From the human T2T-CHM13v2.0 reference genome, Homo sapiens, in NCBI RefSeq assembly GCF_009914755.1, contig NC_060932.1: a stretch of DNA of 64,000 nt; one strand, 5' to 3'. The notes beneath the pieces are model-generated. The model was not told the DNA's origin. It ran no database searches and was given only the letters and a program-made list of their open reading frames with translations. The position numbers were made by a program, and so were the translations under genes. Positions 1 through 13,734 of the stretch are shown one piece after another. Numbering within the stretch: the stretch's first letter is position 1; each line of letters opens with the position of its first letter.

Positions 1-170
1 TTGCTTTTGATTTTACAGGCTCATAGGCAGAAGGGACTTGCCTTGTCTCAGATGAGACTTTGGACTGTGAGTTAATGCTGAAACGAGTTAAGTCTTTGTG
101 GGACTGTTGGGAAGGCATGATTGGTTTTGAAATATGAGGATATGAGATTTGGGAGGGGCCAGGGGCAGAA
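1..170 (+). mobile_element. THE1/MST (MaLR) internal sequence, 3' end
   Basis: MaLR-int 3' end (gagactttggactgtg...gagatttgggaggggccaggggcagaa, purine tract) directly abutting a THE1 LTR. Confidence 0.8.
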
Positions 171-510
171 TGATGTGGTTTGGCTGTGTGACCACCCAAA
201 GAAAATCTTGAATTCCCACATGTGAGAGGGACCTGGTGGGAAGTAATTGAATCGTGGGGGCAGGTCTTTCTCATGCTGTTCTCTTGATAGTGAATACATC
301 TCATGAAATCTGATGGTTTTATAAGGGGGAGTTTCCCTGTACATGCTCTCTTCCCTTGTCTGCTGCCATGTGAGACATCCCTTTCACCTTCTGCCATGAT
401 TGTGAGGTCTCCCCAGCCATGTGAAACTATAAGTCCATTAAACATCTTTCATTTGTAAATTGCCCAGTCTCGAGTATGTCTTTATCAGCAGCATGAAAAT
501 GGACTAATAC
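171..510 (+). mobile_element. THE1 (MaLR) 3' LTR
   Basis: Starts tgatgtggtttggctgtgt, ends gcagcatgaaaatggactaataca, matching THE1 termini. Confidence 0.9.
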
Positions 511-760
511 ATGTACCCTCCTGGGACTTTGGCCAAAACAATCACATGCCAACCCCTAAACAAATCACTAAGGAAGAGAAAGAGATTGCCAGGACTAGCC
601 CTGGAGTACTCAGGAGCTCCCTGCAAGCCATGGAGAAGGATGGACACCCAAACCAAAGTGTGGCTCTTCAACAAAGAAGATGAACAAAAGACCTCCATTG
701 TTAAGGCCAGCTGCAACACAGAGTGTGAGATGATTTAGTTATATGGACATTGAAGGGGAC

Positions 761-1149
761 TGCTATGGTTTTAATGTGTCCCGCACATTAGGTTTCATGT
801 ATTGAAACTTAATCCCCAATGTAACAATGTTAAAAGGTGAAATTAAGAGGTGATTAATGGTCTTATTATGGATGGATTCTGTTATTATGGGTGTGAATTT
901 ATAATCTCAGAAGTGGGTTCCTGATGAAAGTACAGGTTTGGGCCCCTTCCCCTCTCCCTCTCACATGCACTCTCTTGCCCTTCCACCTTCTGCCATGAAA
1001 TGACACAGCACAAGGTCCCTCACCAGATGCCAGCACCATGCTCTTGGACTTTCCAGCCTCCAGAACCTTGAGCCAAAAAGTCCCTGCTATTGTTTATAAA
1101 TTACCCAGTCAGTGGTAGTCTTCTTATTGCAGCAGAAAACAGACTAAGA
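761..1149 (+). mobile_element. MST-type (MSTC/D-like) MaLR solo LTR
   Basis: tgctatggttttaatgtgtccc start; cttggactttccagcctccagaac...ataaattacccagtc...gcagaaaacagactaaga end. Confidence 0.8.
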
Positions 1150-2199
1150 AAAGGACCCAGAGTCACAGTGAGGGGAGGGCTAAGGAGGAGCAATTACATG
1201 TAGGGGTCAGAGATGGCAGCAGCAAAGACACATGAAGGATGCTGTTAGTGGAGGGAGGAACCTGAAATAAATTTTGGGTTTTTCTTTTTGTTCAGATGAT
1301 TATAACAGCATCAAAGTGGAAAAAAACATGGCAAGATGAAGTGTATAAATACTCTTATAACCCATCTATTTTATGAAAACTAAAGACATCTTCAATTTAG
1401 TAAGTGGGAAAGGGAAATGAGAGAATTTATTTTCAAATAGTGTGACTTGGGTGGATGAGACAAAATAAAGATTTTCCAGGAGACTATGAATGGAATGTGG
1501 CTTTTATGTAGTAAACACTCCCCTGGATTTACAATCTCCCTGTCTAGCATATTATAGTGCTTTACCACTTTGAGTCTCAAGAAACTTAATCAATACCACT
1601 GTTGCCTAAATTGAAGGCCAATTATTCTTTTTCAGTCTTGAACACACATGAACTACAACTGTTTAGCATCTGCTTATTTCCAGAAGTTATTTCACACAGA
1701 TTTCACAAAATCTATTTAATTGTATCCTGGAACACTTAGAGGACACCTCTTTATGGCATTTCATGAAGGCAGTACTAATCAATAAAAATGAACAATTCCT
1801 AGATTTTATTTGCAAAAAAATACAATACATTTTACAGAGAGGTTCTTTTTGTTATATCTATATTCTAGGTTCAGTGTAGTCTTCAACACTGATCATTAAA
1901 AAAGTCAAGTTCTCTATTGATTCATCAATAGAGAAAAGCATTTCTGAACTGATTCTAATTTCCTAGCTAGCAGGTCTTGTTGCTTGGAATTTAAATACAT
2001 TTGGGCATTTTTATGAATCAATTAAATTGCTTTTTAATATAAATTCATCAAAATATTTTTATCACAAGAAAATGTTTTAATTTTTTAATACACTTTAATT
2101 TGTTTATTCACTTATCCAACAAATATTTATAACTTGGCATGTATTATGGAAGGAACCAAGGGCACAATGGTCAGTGATTCAAACCACTGCCAGTATTAA

Positions 2200-2452
2200 C
2201 AATATGGAATGTACTCAGTGTATACGCTAGGCACTGTGCCAAGTGTGTAACAACAGTTTTTTTATACAACCACCCTATCTGGTGGTTAATATTACCATCA
2301 TCTCCAATGTACAGATAGGGAAACTAGGACTTAGGAGAGGTGAGATAAGTTATCTAAGCTATTACAGCTAAGAAATGGAAGAGGCAAAAGGCAAGACCCA
2401 AGCCCAGTTTGGCTGTCTCTAGAACCCAAGCTCTTAAACCACAGTGCTATAG
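2200..2452 (-). mobile_element. MIR SINE
   Basis: acagatagggaaactagg...gagaggtgagataagttatctaag MIR core in antisense. Confidence 0.65.
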
Positions 2453-2751
2453 TGCTTCTGGCAGATTATGTGTGTTAAGGAATCACAAATGTGATAAATG
2501 AAAGAGGATAGAAGGCACCCATCCTTGCGGGAGGGTAAAGAAGACCCTCATGGATGTGACATTTTAGCTGAACAGGAGTAGGCCAAGAAAACCTGGAGGG
2601 GTTGAGGGGATTGTACAACCAAGCAGAGGAAAAGTATGTGCAAGGTGCAGAGAAACTAAGAGAAAAACATTTTGTATGGCTGAAACCTACTGATGAGAGG
2701 AGGGTGAGAGGCAAGTAGTAAGACTTAGGCTTAACAAGCAAACTTTGTTAA

Positions 2752-3169
2752 TGTTAGGCCATTCTTGCATTGCTGTAAAGGAACACCTGAGACTGGGTAA
2801 TTTATAAAGAAAAGAGGTTTAATTGGTTTACAGTTCTGCAGGCTGCATAAGCATGGTGCCGGAATCTGCTCAGCTTCTGGGGAGGCCCCAGGGAGCTTTT
2901 ACTCATGGCAGAAGGGGAAGTGGGAGCAGGCATGTCACATGGCCAGAGCAGGAGCAAGAGAAAGGAGTGGGGAATATGCCAAACATCTTTAAACAACCAG
3001 CTCTCATAAGAACTCACTATCACAAAGAAAGCACCAAGGGGATGGTCCTAAACCATTCATGAGAAATCCACCCCCATGATCCAGTCACTTCCTACCAGGA
3101 CCCTCCTTCAGCATTGGAGATTATATTTTAATATGAGATTTAGGGGAGACAAATATCCAAACTGTATCT
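2752..3169 (-). mobile_element. MSTA/B MaLR solo LTR
   Basis: ttaggccattcttgcattgctgtaaaggaacacctgagactgggtaatttataaagaaaagagg...caaatatccaaactgtatc. Confidence 0.85.
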
Positions 3170-3337
3170 GTTAGTAATAGAGGACTTCATTCTAAATGCA
3201 AAGGCACACAATCACACCACCTAAATACCACTTTCCTCTATTCTATTTTCTTGCATATTTTTGACATTTTCATTAAATTTTTCAATGTTTTAAATTATAA
3301 ATTGAATACATGTAAAATAATTTTCTTCAATTTTTAA

Positions 3338-3729
<392 letters not shown>

Positions 3730-3868
3730 TGATTAAGGACCTTCAATGGGAAAGTATGTTTTCACTAGCTTTGCAGATGTATTTGAGTAGGAAGAGGATT
3801 CTAGCATTTTCAGCTACTTGAAAGGCATAGACTTTATCATCAGTGGATGCTCTGTTTCGGGAGTTTAG

Positions 3869-4170
3869 GTTTTTGTTTTTTTTAAGTTGGGGCTCTCACT
3901 TTTGCCCAAGCTGGTGTTCAGTGTCATGATCCCAGCTCACTGCAGCCTCAAATTCCTGGGCTGAAGTGATCCTCTCTTGCATCAGCCTCCCCAGTAGCTA
4001 GGACTATAGGCATGTGCCACCATGCCCGGCTGATTTTTTTTTCTTTTTTTTTTTTTTAGACATGGGGTCTCACTATATTGCCCAAACTGGTCTCAAACTC
4101 CTGGCCTTAAGCAATCCTCACGCCTTAGTCTCCCAAAGCACTGAGATTACAGGTATGAGCCACCATGGCC
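3869..4170 (-). mobile_element. Alu (AluJ-like)
   Basis: Diverged antisense Alu dimer. Confidence 0.9.
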
Positions 4171-4762
4171 TGACATTTTGTTTTACTGTCTACACTTTGA
4201 CAACTGGCTAGCAGGTAGGGCCCCAGCTCCTGGAAGGGACACTGAGACCAATAGTCTGTCCATCTTTGCGACTCAGAACTTGTGCTTCCACTTTCAAGAG
4301 GTAGCTCCTTGACGGCACTTGCTTCTAATAGAGATCTGTTGCATCAAAATTAAAATTCTAATACAGACACAAGAGCAAACTTTTGCATCATTTGAAAGCA
4401 ATCAGCACATGGAGAACATCTGCAGCTTTTTCACTGGTATTTGCAGTTCCCCAGATATCTGAACTTCGAGGAAAGAATGGTGGTTCTTGAATCTGCTAAA
4501 GCAGCCACTCTACATAATTTTCAGGTTTTTCTTAAGTTTCATTTTGTATATTGCTAAGGTGTTTTTCTTCACTTGTGAAAAAGTATGCCTTGATCTCTTA
4601 AAATGTTAGCATGCTGGGGGAAAAACCACATATGAACAATGATGCCTTGGATGTTATATTGACACCATTCCTCTATTTGCCAATTGCACATGAGCTAATA
4701 TACCTTGAGGAAACACACATGGTGGTGGTGTAGGCTGTGCTGATTAAAATCTTATAAAACAA

Positions 4763-4890
4763 ACCAGGTGTGGTGGCTCATGCCTGTAGTTCCAGCTACC
4801 CCAGAGGCTAAAGTGGGACGATTGCTTGAGCTCAGGAGTTAGAAACCAGCCTAGGCAACATAGCAAGCCCTGTCCCTGAAAAACAAAATG
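4763..4890 (+). mobile_element. Alu monomer (FLAM-like)
   Basis: ccaggtgtggtggctcatgcctgtag...accagcctaggcaacatagcaag, A-rich tail. Confidence 0.85.
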
Positions 4891-6535
4891 TATACAATAA
4901 ATAAGCAGCCATTTTACAGAATATGAAACCTTAACACATGAGTTGAACTAGTTTGAATTGTGACAGAAAATCCCAAATAACAGTGGCTTCAAAACATTAG
5001 AAGTTTATCTTTCTTTCACTTCAAATAAGCGCATGTCTTGGACCCTTCAATCATGATGCATTGCTGCCCTAAGTCAGGCTATGGTTCCTGCCACGGCTCG
5101 TAGTCCCACTTGCATTGTAGTCCAGACTTCAAGAAGGAGGGCAGGCAGAAGGCAGTCGCCCTCTCTTTGAAGACTTTCTGGAATTTTGCACACAAGACTT
5201 TATCTTATATCTCAATGGCCAATACTTACTGACACAACCAAATCCAATCGCAAGAGAGGGTGGTGGCAATGTGCCCAGCTAAAAATTAAGCTTCCTACTA
5301 ATGAGGAGAAAGAAAGGACGTTGTGATGCAAAAAGCACCCCTTGCCCCAGCCACCTTGATGAAAGCACAAGGTGAGAACACTTACCCAGATGACTGTGGG
5401 CTTGCAGCCTGAGCCTAACTCTCAGACTAAAGGAGGCGGGGTTCAAGATGTGGAAATGTTGAGGAAGGGAATCCTTGGAAATAAGAGGTTTTGCTTGCCC
5501 TGGGAAGCGTGATAAACTAAGGCACACGATCCGCTACAACTCTAGCCTGAGTTAAACTGAACAAGGAAGGGAAATGAAGTCCAGTTCTTAATTCAGAACC
5601 CAGAGGTTTGCAGGTGGTCAAAGTCAGTTCCCATGAGGCCCTTGAGAGATTTGAGTTGAATGAGGGAACTGTTACCAATGGAGCCATGGGAAATTTTAAG
5701 AGGACAAAACTGGGCCCTGGATAGGAGGCATGTCCTGAGAGCAGGAGAACACTCAGCAGGAGCCCAGACCAAGCTGAGCCATTTCCACAAATCAAGATGT
5801 ACACACAGCACTGGGTGGGTTAGGTCCCTGCCCCAACCCCAGAGATGTACTTGGATTTTATAACGGAAGTAACAGGAAAAATAGAAGTCTCTAGGGCAAG
5901 TTTTTTTTTTTATTTTTGATTAGAACAAATTCTTCCTGTTAAGTCCTATTTAGTAGATTTCTAAAATACAAAAGTGAAGGCTGCTCTTTGTGATGAATGA
6001 GTCCAAAGGTATGGAAAGAAAACTATTGATTATACCTGCACCTCACCCTGTATGAGCCTCCGAGGTATGCAATTAGCTGCCTGACATGCAAACATCTTCC
6101 CCTCCCTCTCCTCATATGTACGCAAGCATATTCAAATATATACATGCATGTAGATGGAACTGTTGTCTTCTGGAGTTTCTTGGGGGTATGTTTTGTTTTA
6201 TAAAAATAGGATTTGATTGTAAATATTGTCTTGAAACCTGCTTTAAAAAATATATCTTGAACACTCACCCAAATGAATGAATACAGAGTTGATTCATCCT
6301 TTCTAACGTGTAATGTTCCATAATATATTTACCCTTTACTGGCGGACTGTCAGGAACTCATTCCACAGTTAACTATATTAGGACATCTCTTTTCAACAAA
6401 AGAGGCCTGAAGATAAACTCCAAGTACTAAGTTAGTATGTGAACCTCAGAAACATTAAAATTCTCCATGTCTCCCTTAGTTTGGGAGTCATAAGAAGATC
6501 CAGTATTCCACTGAGAATCTGAGAAGAGAAAAATA

Positions 6536-6613
6536 CAGGTTGGTACAAAAGTAATTGCAGTTTTTGCCTTTACTTTTAATGACAAAAACCGCAATTACTT
6601 TTGGACCAACATA
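6536..6613. mobile_element. MADE1 mariner-derived MITE (palindromic)
   Basis: ggttggtacaaaagtaattgcagtttttgcc-tttactttta-atgacaaaaaccgcaattacttttggaccaac: long imperfect inverted repeats matching MADE1. Confidence 0.9.
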
Positions 6614-6773
6614 CACTATCAAGGCATCAAAGGATGTGAAAGTATTAATTATATGACAGTAAACTATTTAAAAATTTTGAACTATAAGAACATCAACAAA
6701 ATGCCAAAGAGGACAGCACATTGCTGTCAATCTTTTCATGGAAGTAAACATCAAGTTAATTAAAATGACAATT

Positions 6774-6905
6774 GGCCGAGGGTGGCTCAGGCTTGTAGTC
6801 TCAGCACCTTGGGAGGTCAAGTCAGGAAGATCATTTGAGGACAGGAGTTTGAGACCACCCTAGCCAACACAGCAAGACCCCATCTCTATTTAATTTGAAA
6901 TAAAA
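6774..6905 (+). mobile_element. Alu monomer (FLAM-like)
   Basis: ggccgagggtggctcagg...gagtttgagaccaccctagccaacacagcaagacccc. Confidence 0.85.
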
Positions 6906-7018
6906 TAAGATGACAATTTTGCTGTTAGTCTGCATAGAAATCTTTGTGTTGTTAACCAAGAAGAGAAAAATCACCTAAAAGCCATATCTCCAGGACAGAA
7001 ATTTAAAAGATACATTTA

Positions 7019-7372
<354 letters not shown>

Positions 7373-9689
7373 CTATAAGTAAATAATAAGCCTTCACTAC
7401 CTGGGGCTCTTGTGACTCATGACCCAAGGCTGTGCTGTGCTGTAGGTGTGTCAGGCTCTCTTAATGATGCTCATTCATAACCATCTCCCTCCATTTCAGT
7501 GGGTGCCACACTGACCAGCAGCTAGACCTTCCCTTGTAGTATCAGGCCACCCTGTTCCAAGGCCTGGACAACCTTCTCTAGTAGCCTGATGATGCTTCTA
7601 CAGCTTAATTTTAAACACCCAAAATCAGTGAGGATCCCAATGCATTGAAAACAGACAACACCTGTGAAGTACTCATCACATGCCAGGCACTGCTTCAAAG
7701 CACAGTACATGTCTTCCTTTTTGAAATCCTCATAACAATTCTACAAAGTCTTGTTAAGCGTCTATTATGTGCCAAAGCATTTCTATATGCATGGAGGATG
7801 CAAAGGAAATTTAGAGAGTCACAGCTCTGAAGAGGTTTATATTCTACTTAGGAAGCCAAGATCAAAGAACAAAACAAAAACAGAGCAGGACAAGCTGGCA
7901 CAATATTTAATTAAATGATGTGGTGGTGGCTAAACGTGCAAAAGGAGCTTGGAGAAATGAAAGCTTCAAAGGGCTAGAGCTGTCTTTTCAGTATGAAATG
8001 TCTATAAATTCTGTTGTGGACAGAATTAAATGATTTTGCTAAAGATCCATTATTCCTCATTTAATGTTTCAGTTTAGATTTTAAAATAAAGCAAGAAATG
8101 CTAGAATGATAAAGTTAAGAGAAAGCATAACTATTGTCTAGATGATTCTTAGCATACCTTTTGATTAGCCCATGTGAATCTGCTGACCTGCTTTCCTTTC
8201 CTGATAAGAACATGACGAGGATTAGGAAAACACACGTTTTCTTCAGCCCCCCAGTTGCTGGTGCCCATATGAGACTGTCTGTCCATTTTCCAACCAGTTA
8301 ACAGTCATTTATATTATTCTTGATCCATTTAAGAGTTAACAGTCATGTATATTATTCTTAATCCATTTAAGTTCAGGATCTCAACTTTCTCCCTGCCTCT
8401 GAACTTTGTGCCAGAAGTATAGCTTTATAAATCCTTGCTGTTCAGATTTATTAATTTATAAATTCACAGCACCAAAACCATATTTTGTGGAAGATTGACT
8501 TTGTTTGGAATCTCTGTTAGGAGTAAATGGCAAGCTGTCTCTTTTTTCTCTGTATTTCCAGATGGATTTGATATGGAAGGGAGTTTCACACTGGTCCATC
8601 ATGCAGTTGTGGACCAGAGTAAATTCACTGGGAGGTGTTGGCCTAAAATCCTCCTCTTGCTTTTGGCTCATCTAGGTATTGCACATTTAAGAAGACAGAG
8701 GCTGACACTGATTATATAAGCGTGTTTTTAAAAAAGTTATTTTCTTCATAACTTTAAAAGCAGGGTCTCTTTTAATAACGAAAGATAGTCAAAATTCTGA
8801 GATCCTTGGGGAGATTTACTCAGAAAACTGATGAGCATGTGTTTGCCTGTTCCTCATAAAACCCACTCTTTTCTGTAAAGCAGTGCATTTAGATCCTCTA
8901 CAACACAGAATCTGAGGTGAGGATTAGGGTGCTAATACTTTCTTTGAGAAATGTAAGCCCAGGGCAGTCAGTGAAGGTGAAGTAAAAAGAAGTGTGAGGC
9001 AAGTGGAGCTGAACCACAATGCGATGAAGTGTGTTAGTAGCATTGCAGGGCCTACTGCTTCCATTCAGTGTCAGACAAACACTGCAGGCTGCTCTGCAGC
9101 ACATTCACTCATCACACATGATTTTCCAGAAGGGTTGCAGAAAGGAACTGCATTTCAGTTCACAGCAGAGAGAAAGGAGGGGAATGTGGGCGCCAGCTTC
9201 CACTTATCTCTTGTTTTGCCATTGCCAATGTTCAACATTATAGGATTCTTCACAAGGGTGGTGGAATGAAGAATCCTACAACACAGAACAGGTGCACAAG
9301 GACAGTAATGTCAGAAGCAGATTGCTTGGATTCCCACATTCCCTTGGTTACTGCACATTTTCTAAGTTCAGGAATCTAGACTTTCCATTGATTATGCAAG
9401 CTATCCAATGTCCTTACAAAAAGTCTTCTGCTTATGTTAACTAGAATTGGTTTCTGTTGTTTGCAACCAAGAACCCAGACAGATTCAGCATACTTAAACA
9501 AGGAAAAAAGTAAACCCAGGAGGAAGTAACGGAATTCAAGAAAGAGTAGTAACAAAAATAATATGTTTCCTGCAGTGACATTTGGCTTCCCCATACGTGC
9601 TCAACTCTATCAATAAGCATTAGAGAGGAGCTGTGTGCACTCAGGTTCAATGTTGTTTCTTTGTCACCTGGAGTCAAAGTGGAGACCAC

Positions 9690-9965
9690 ACACTGGAATA
9701 TGATCATGTGGAGCAGACAGATACAGGGGAAGGCAACGTGAAGACAGAGGCAGAGATTGGGGGGATGTGGCCACAAGCTAAGGCAGCTGGGCAATGGCCA
9801 AAAGCTAGAAGAAGCAAAGAACCATTCTTCCCTAGAGCAGCCTTGCCAACACCTTGATTTTGGACTTCTAGCCTAGAGAATTTCTAGCCTAAAGAATAAA
9901 TTTCTGTCGTTTGAAGCCATCCAGTTTATGTTCCTTCATTATGGTGGCCCTAGGCAACTAAGACA
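9690..9965 (+). mobile_element. MLT1 (MLT1B/C-like) MaLR LTR, 3' part
   Basis: gtgaagacagaggcagagattgg...caccttgattttggacttctagcc...aataaatttctg...ccctaggcaactaagaca. Confidence 0.8.
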
Positions 9966-9969
9966 CCCA

Positions 9970-10505
9970 TCAATCCTACTCCCAGGTAGTTACCCAAGTG
10001 AAATAATAACCTATGTTCACCTAAAACTTGTAGGCAAATATTTATAGAAGTTTTACTCATAATAGCCAAAAACTGGAAAAACTCCAATGTCTTTTTACTG
10101 CGGAATGCTTAAACACACTGATAGCTTTGTACAATGAAATACTGCTCAGCAAGAAAGGAACAAACTAGTGAGGCCCTAACAGCATGGATGAATCTCAAAT
10201 GTATTATGGTAAGTAAAAGAAGCCAGACCCAAAATGCTACATATCATATGACTCCATTTATATGACATTCTGGAAAAGGCAAACTTTGGGGTTGGCAAAC
10301 AGAAGAGTGGTTACTAGGGGATGGAGTTGGAGAAGCGTTGACTGCAGAAGTGCCTCTGAGGAATTTTGAGGGTGGATGATGCAACAGTTCCCTATCTCGC
10401 TTGTGGTGGTGATAGGTTCATGCTGATGCATTCAAAACCTATAGAACTTACATCAAAAAGAATGAATTATATTGTATGTAAACTAAAAATATGTTTAAAA
10501 AATTT
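9970..10505 (+). mobile_element. Old L1 (L1M) 3' end fragment
   Basis: gcatggatgaatctcaaatgtattatggtaagtaaaagaagccagac...ccatttatatgacattctggaaaaggcaaa L1M 3' motifs. Confidence 0.8.
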
Positions 10506-10744
10506 TTAAAGAGTACCCTGATAAGTTATTATGCAGAAGCTGCTACCAAGTACTCAGGAAGATCACTCGGATGTGCAGTCCGCAGGTCAAGGGGAAACTT
10601 GTTTTGCTTCAGAAAGATCATTGAGGAGCAGATACATTATTTTTACTGTCATTTAATGACATCAACCAAAAATATTTATTCAGGGATAACGTTTACTTGA
10701 GACACGCTAAAAAGTAGATAAAAGGTTCTTAGAAGGAACAGTCC

Positions 10745-10905
10745 TGACTGGGCGTGGTGGCTCTCACCTATAATCCCAGCACTTTGGAAAGCTGAGCCAG
10801 GAGAATCACATAAGGCCAGGAGTTTGAGACCAGACTGGGCAACATATCCTGGACAACATAGCAACATAGTAAAGACCAGCCTGTCTCTACAAAAATTAAA
10901 TAAAC
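10745..10905 (+). mobile_element. Alu left monomer
   Basis: gggcgtggtggctctcacctataatcccagcactttgg...ggagtttgagaccag. Confidence 0.85.
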
Positions 10906-11791
10906 AAACAGTCTCTGCTCTTAAGGCACTAAAACCCTAAAGAAAACTAATATGAGGTAGAACACAAATATGTCATTATGACAAGCTGAAGGAAATGTGA
11001 TCTCAAAATTTGCTCCTTATTTTTTACTTCTGTGCATTTTATAGCTTTTCTTTCCTTCTCTCTTTTTTCTCTCTTTTTCTTTTTTTCTTTCTGTCTCCTT
11101 TTTTAAGAAAAAAGTGTACTTCACAGTATTTTTTTAAAAGAGCTTAGAGTAACAGAAAAGAGAATGAAAGAGAGGAGATTTTATAAATTAAGAAAATTCA
11201 AGTAAAGGAGGAAATTTAAAAAACACACCCTCCTACCCAGAATGGACAGCAGTCAGTGGAATGTGAAAACTGCTGAGGATCTCACTTGACCAAAAAGAAC
11301 AAACAAATAAAATATGCAATTTATAAATCTTGACATGCCTTGAAGTCAATTATATCCCTCAGTCAATAGAGGAAGATAAATTTAAATTGTTATTCTAACT
11401 CAACTGTGAAAGAACTGATTGGAAAGGTGAAAATTGATGAGATCTTAAACAGAAAGCTAAGTGAGGGAATTTTGAGTATAGTCCCTTCTGACTTTAGATA
11501 AAAATAGGCACAAATCTATATCTGGAGGGTCTAAAAAGAAAGACGACTTGAAAGGAATGAGGGATTCAAAACATGAGTTCTCACAATATCAGCACCAAGT
11601 ATGGAGAAATGGAAAGGCATATATCAAAACCTATGTAGTTATATAAGTTGCCCACTGGTAATCTCAGTGTTTAATAGAACATTTATGAAACACGGAAGAA
11701 AATGGCAAATGTCCAACAAGTTCCAAAATGGAACATGGAACTCTAGATCAGCATTCTGAAGCACCAAACGAGGCAATGATGCCAAGGACAA

Positions 11792-12287
11792 TGTGTTAGG
11801 GCTCTCCAGAGAAACAAAACCAACAGGAGAGAGAGAGACAGAAATAGAGAGAGAAAGGGAGAGATTTATTATGAAGAACTAGGTCATGTCATTACAGGGG
11901 CTGGGAAGTTCCACAGTCCACCATCGGCCAGCTAGAGACCCAGGATTACCTGTTGTGTAGCTCCAGTCTGAGCTAGAGGCCTGAGAACCGGCAGAATTGA
12001 TGGTGTAAGTCCCAGTCCAAGTACAGGAGAAGACCGATGTCCTGGCTTGACAGCAGTCAGGCAGAGAGAACAATGCTCCCTTACCCCACCTTTTGTCCTA
12101 TTCAGGCCTCAGTGGCTTCGAGGAGGCCCACCCACTCTGGGGAGGGACAACTGCCTTGCTCAGTCTACAGATTCACGTGTTAATCTCATCCAGAAAGACC
12201 CTCACAGACACACCTAGAATAACGTTTGACCTAACATCTGGGCACCTAATGGCTCAGTCAAGTTGACACTTAAAATTAACCATCACA
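11792..12287 (-). mobile_element. MLT2 (ERVL) solo LTR
   Basis: Ends gtcaagttgacacttaaaattaaccatcaca (reverse of MLT2 start); 5-bp TSD GACAA at 11787-11791 and 12288-12292. Confidence 0.9.
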
Positions 12288-12752
12288 GACAATAAAAGAG
12301 CCTTTTTAAACATCAAGAAGAGGAGAGGGACAGACTCATGCTTGGTGGCACGGTGACGACCAGTATGCGATAGGAAGGGAGACAGATCTGGGGCAGGCAG
12401 AGAGGGCTGAAGCTGGAGTCTCCCCTGGGTTCCCAACTACTGACAGGACCATGCGTAAGTTCTTTAACCTTTGGGAGCCCATTTCTGTTTCTGTATAGAA
12501 ATGTAATCATCCCACATATTTTGCAATAGAAATGATCACTTCTACTTCATAGGATTACTAGAAAGGGGTCATGTCTATAAAGAACTTAGCATATTAAGGT
12601 ACCCATGAAGTAAGTAGATACTAAAGTTTTCATAACAGAGCATTAAATAACAAACTTAAAACATTTAAAGACAAATGAACATTTAATAACAGAGCAAAAC
12701 AACTTACTTTTAATTTAGATTTCATCATCTTCATCAGAAAATGGGACTGGGC

Positions 12753-13734
12753 AGCTGGGCATGGTGGCTCACACCTGTAATCCCAGCACTTTGGGAGGCC
12801 AAGATGAGAGGATTGCTTGAGACCAGGAGTTTTAGACCAACCTGGCCAAATAGTGAGACCCCCACCTAAAAATATTTTTAAATAAATTTTAAAAATTTTA
12901 AATTAAAAAAGAAAATGGGGCTGGGTGCAGTGGCTCACTCTTGTAATCCCAGTACTTTGGGAGGCTGAGGTGGGAGGATTCCTTGAGGCCAGGAGTTCAA
13001 GATCAGTCTGGTCAACATATTGAGACCTGTCTCAAAAAAAATTGAAAATATTTTTTAAAATAAATATATAATTTTTGAAATTAAAAAAGAAAATAGAGCC
13101 AGGCACAGTGGCTCATACCTATAATCCCAGCACTTTGGGAGGCAAGGCAGGATGAGTACTTGAGGCCAGGAGTTTAAGATCAGCCTGGGCAACATAGTAA
13201 GACCCCATCTCTACCAAAAAAAAATAAAAATTAGCTGGATGTGAAGGCACATGCCTGCAGTCCCAGCTACTTAGAAGGCTGAGGCAGGAGAATTACTTGA
13301 GTCCAGGAGTTCAAGGCTGCAGTGAGCCAGGATGATGCCACTGCACTCCAGCCTGGATGACAGAGCAAGACTCTGTCTCTAAAAAAATAAAAACAATAAA
13401 GAAAAAAAGTCTTAAAGCCGGGCACGGTGGCTCATGCCTGTAATCCCAACACTTTCAAAGGCCAAGGCAAGCAGATCACTTGAGGCCGGGAGTTCGAGAC
13501 AAGCCTGGCCAACATGGTGAAACCCTGTCTCTACTAAAAATACAAAAATTACCTGGGCATGGTGGCTGGCGCCTGTAGCACCAGCTACCTGGGAGGCTGA
13601 AATAGAAGAATTGCTTGATCCAGGAGGCAGAGGTTGCGGTGAGCCGACATTGTGTGACTACATACTGCCTGGGCAACAGAAAGAGACTCTGTCTCAAAGT
13701 AAAATAAATAAAATAAAATAAAATAAAATAAAAT
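12753..13734 (+). mobile_element. Cluster of four co-oriented Alu elements (2 monomers, AluJ-like dimer, AluS-like dimer)
   Basis: Alu 5' ends at ~12753, ~12919, ~13097 and ~13416, each following the A-rich tail of the previous one. Confidence 0.9.
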
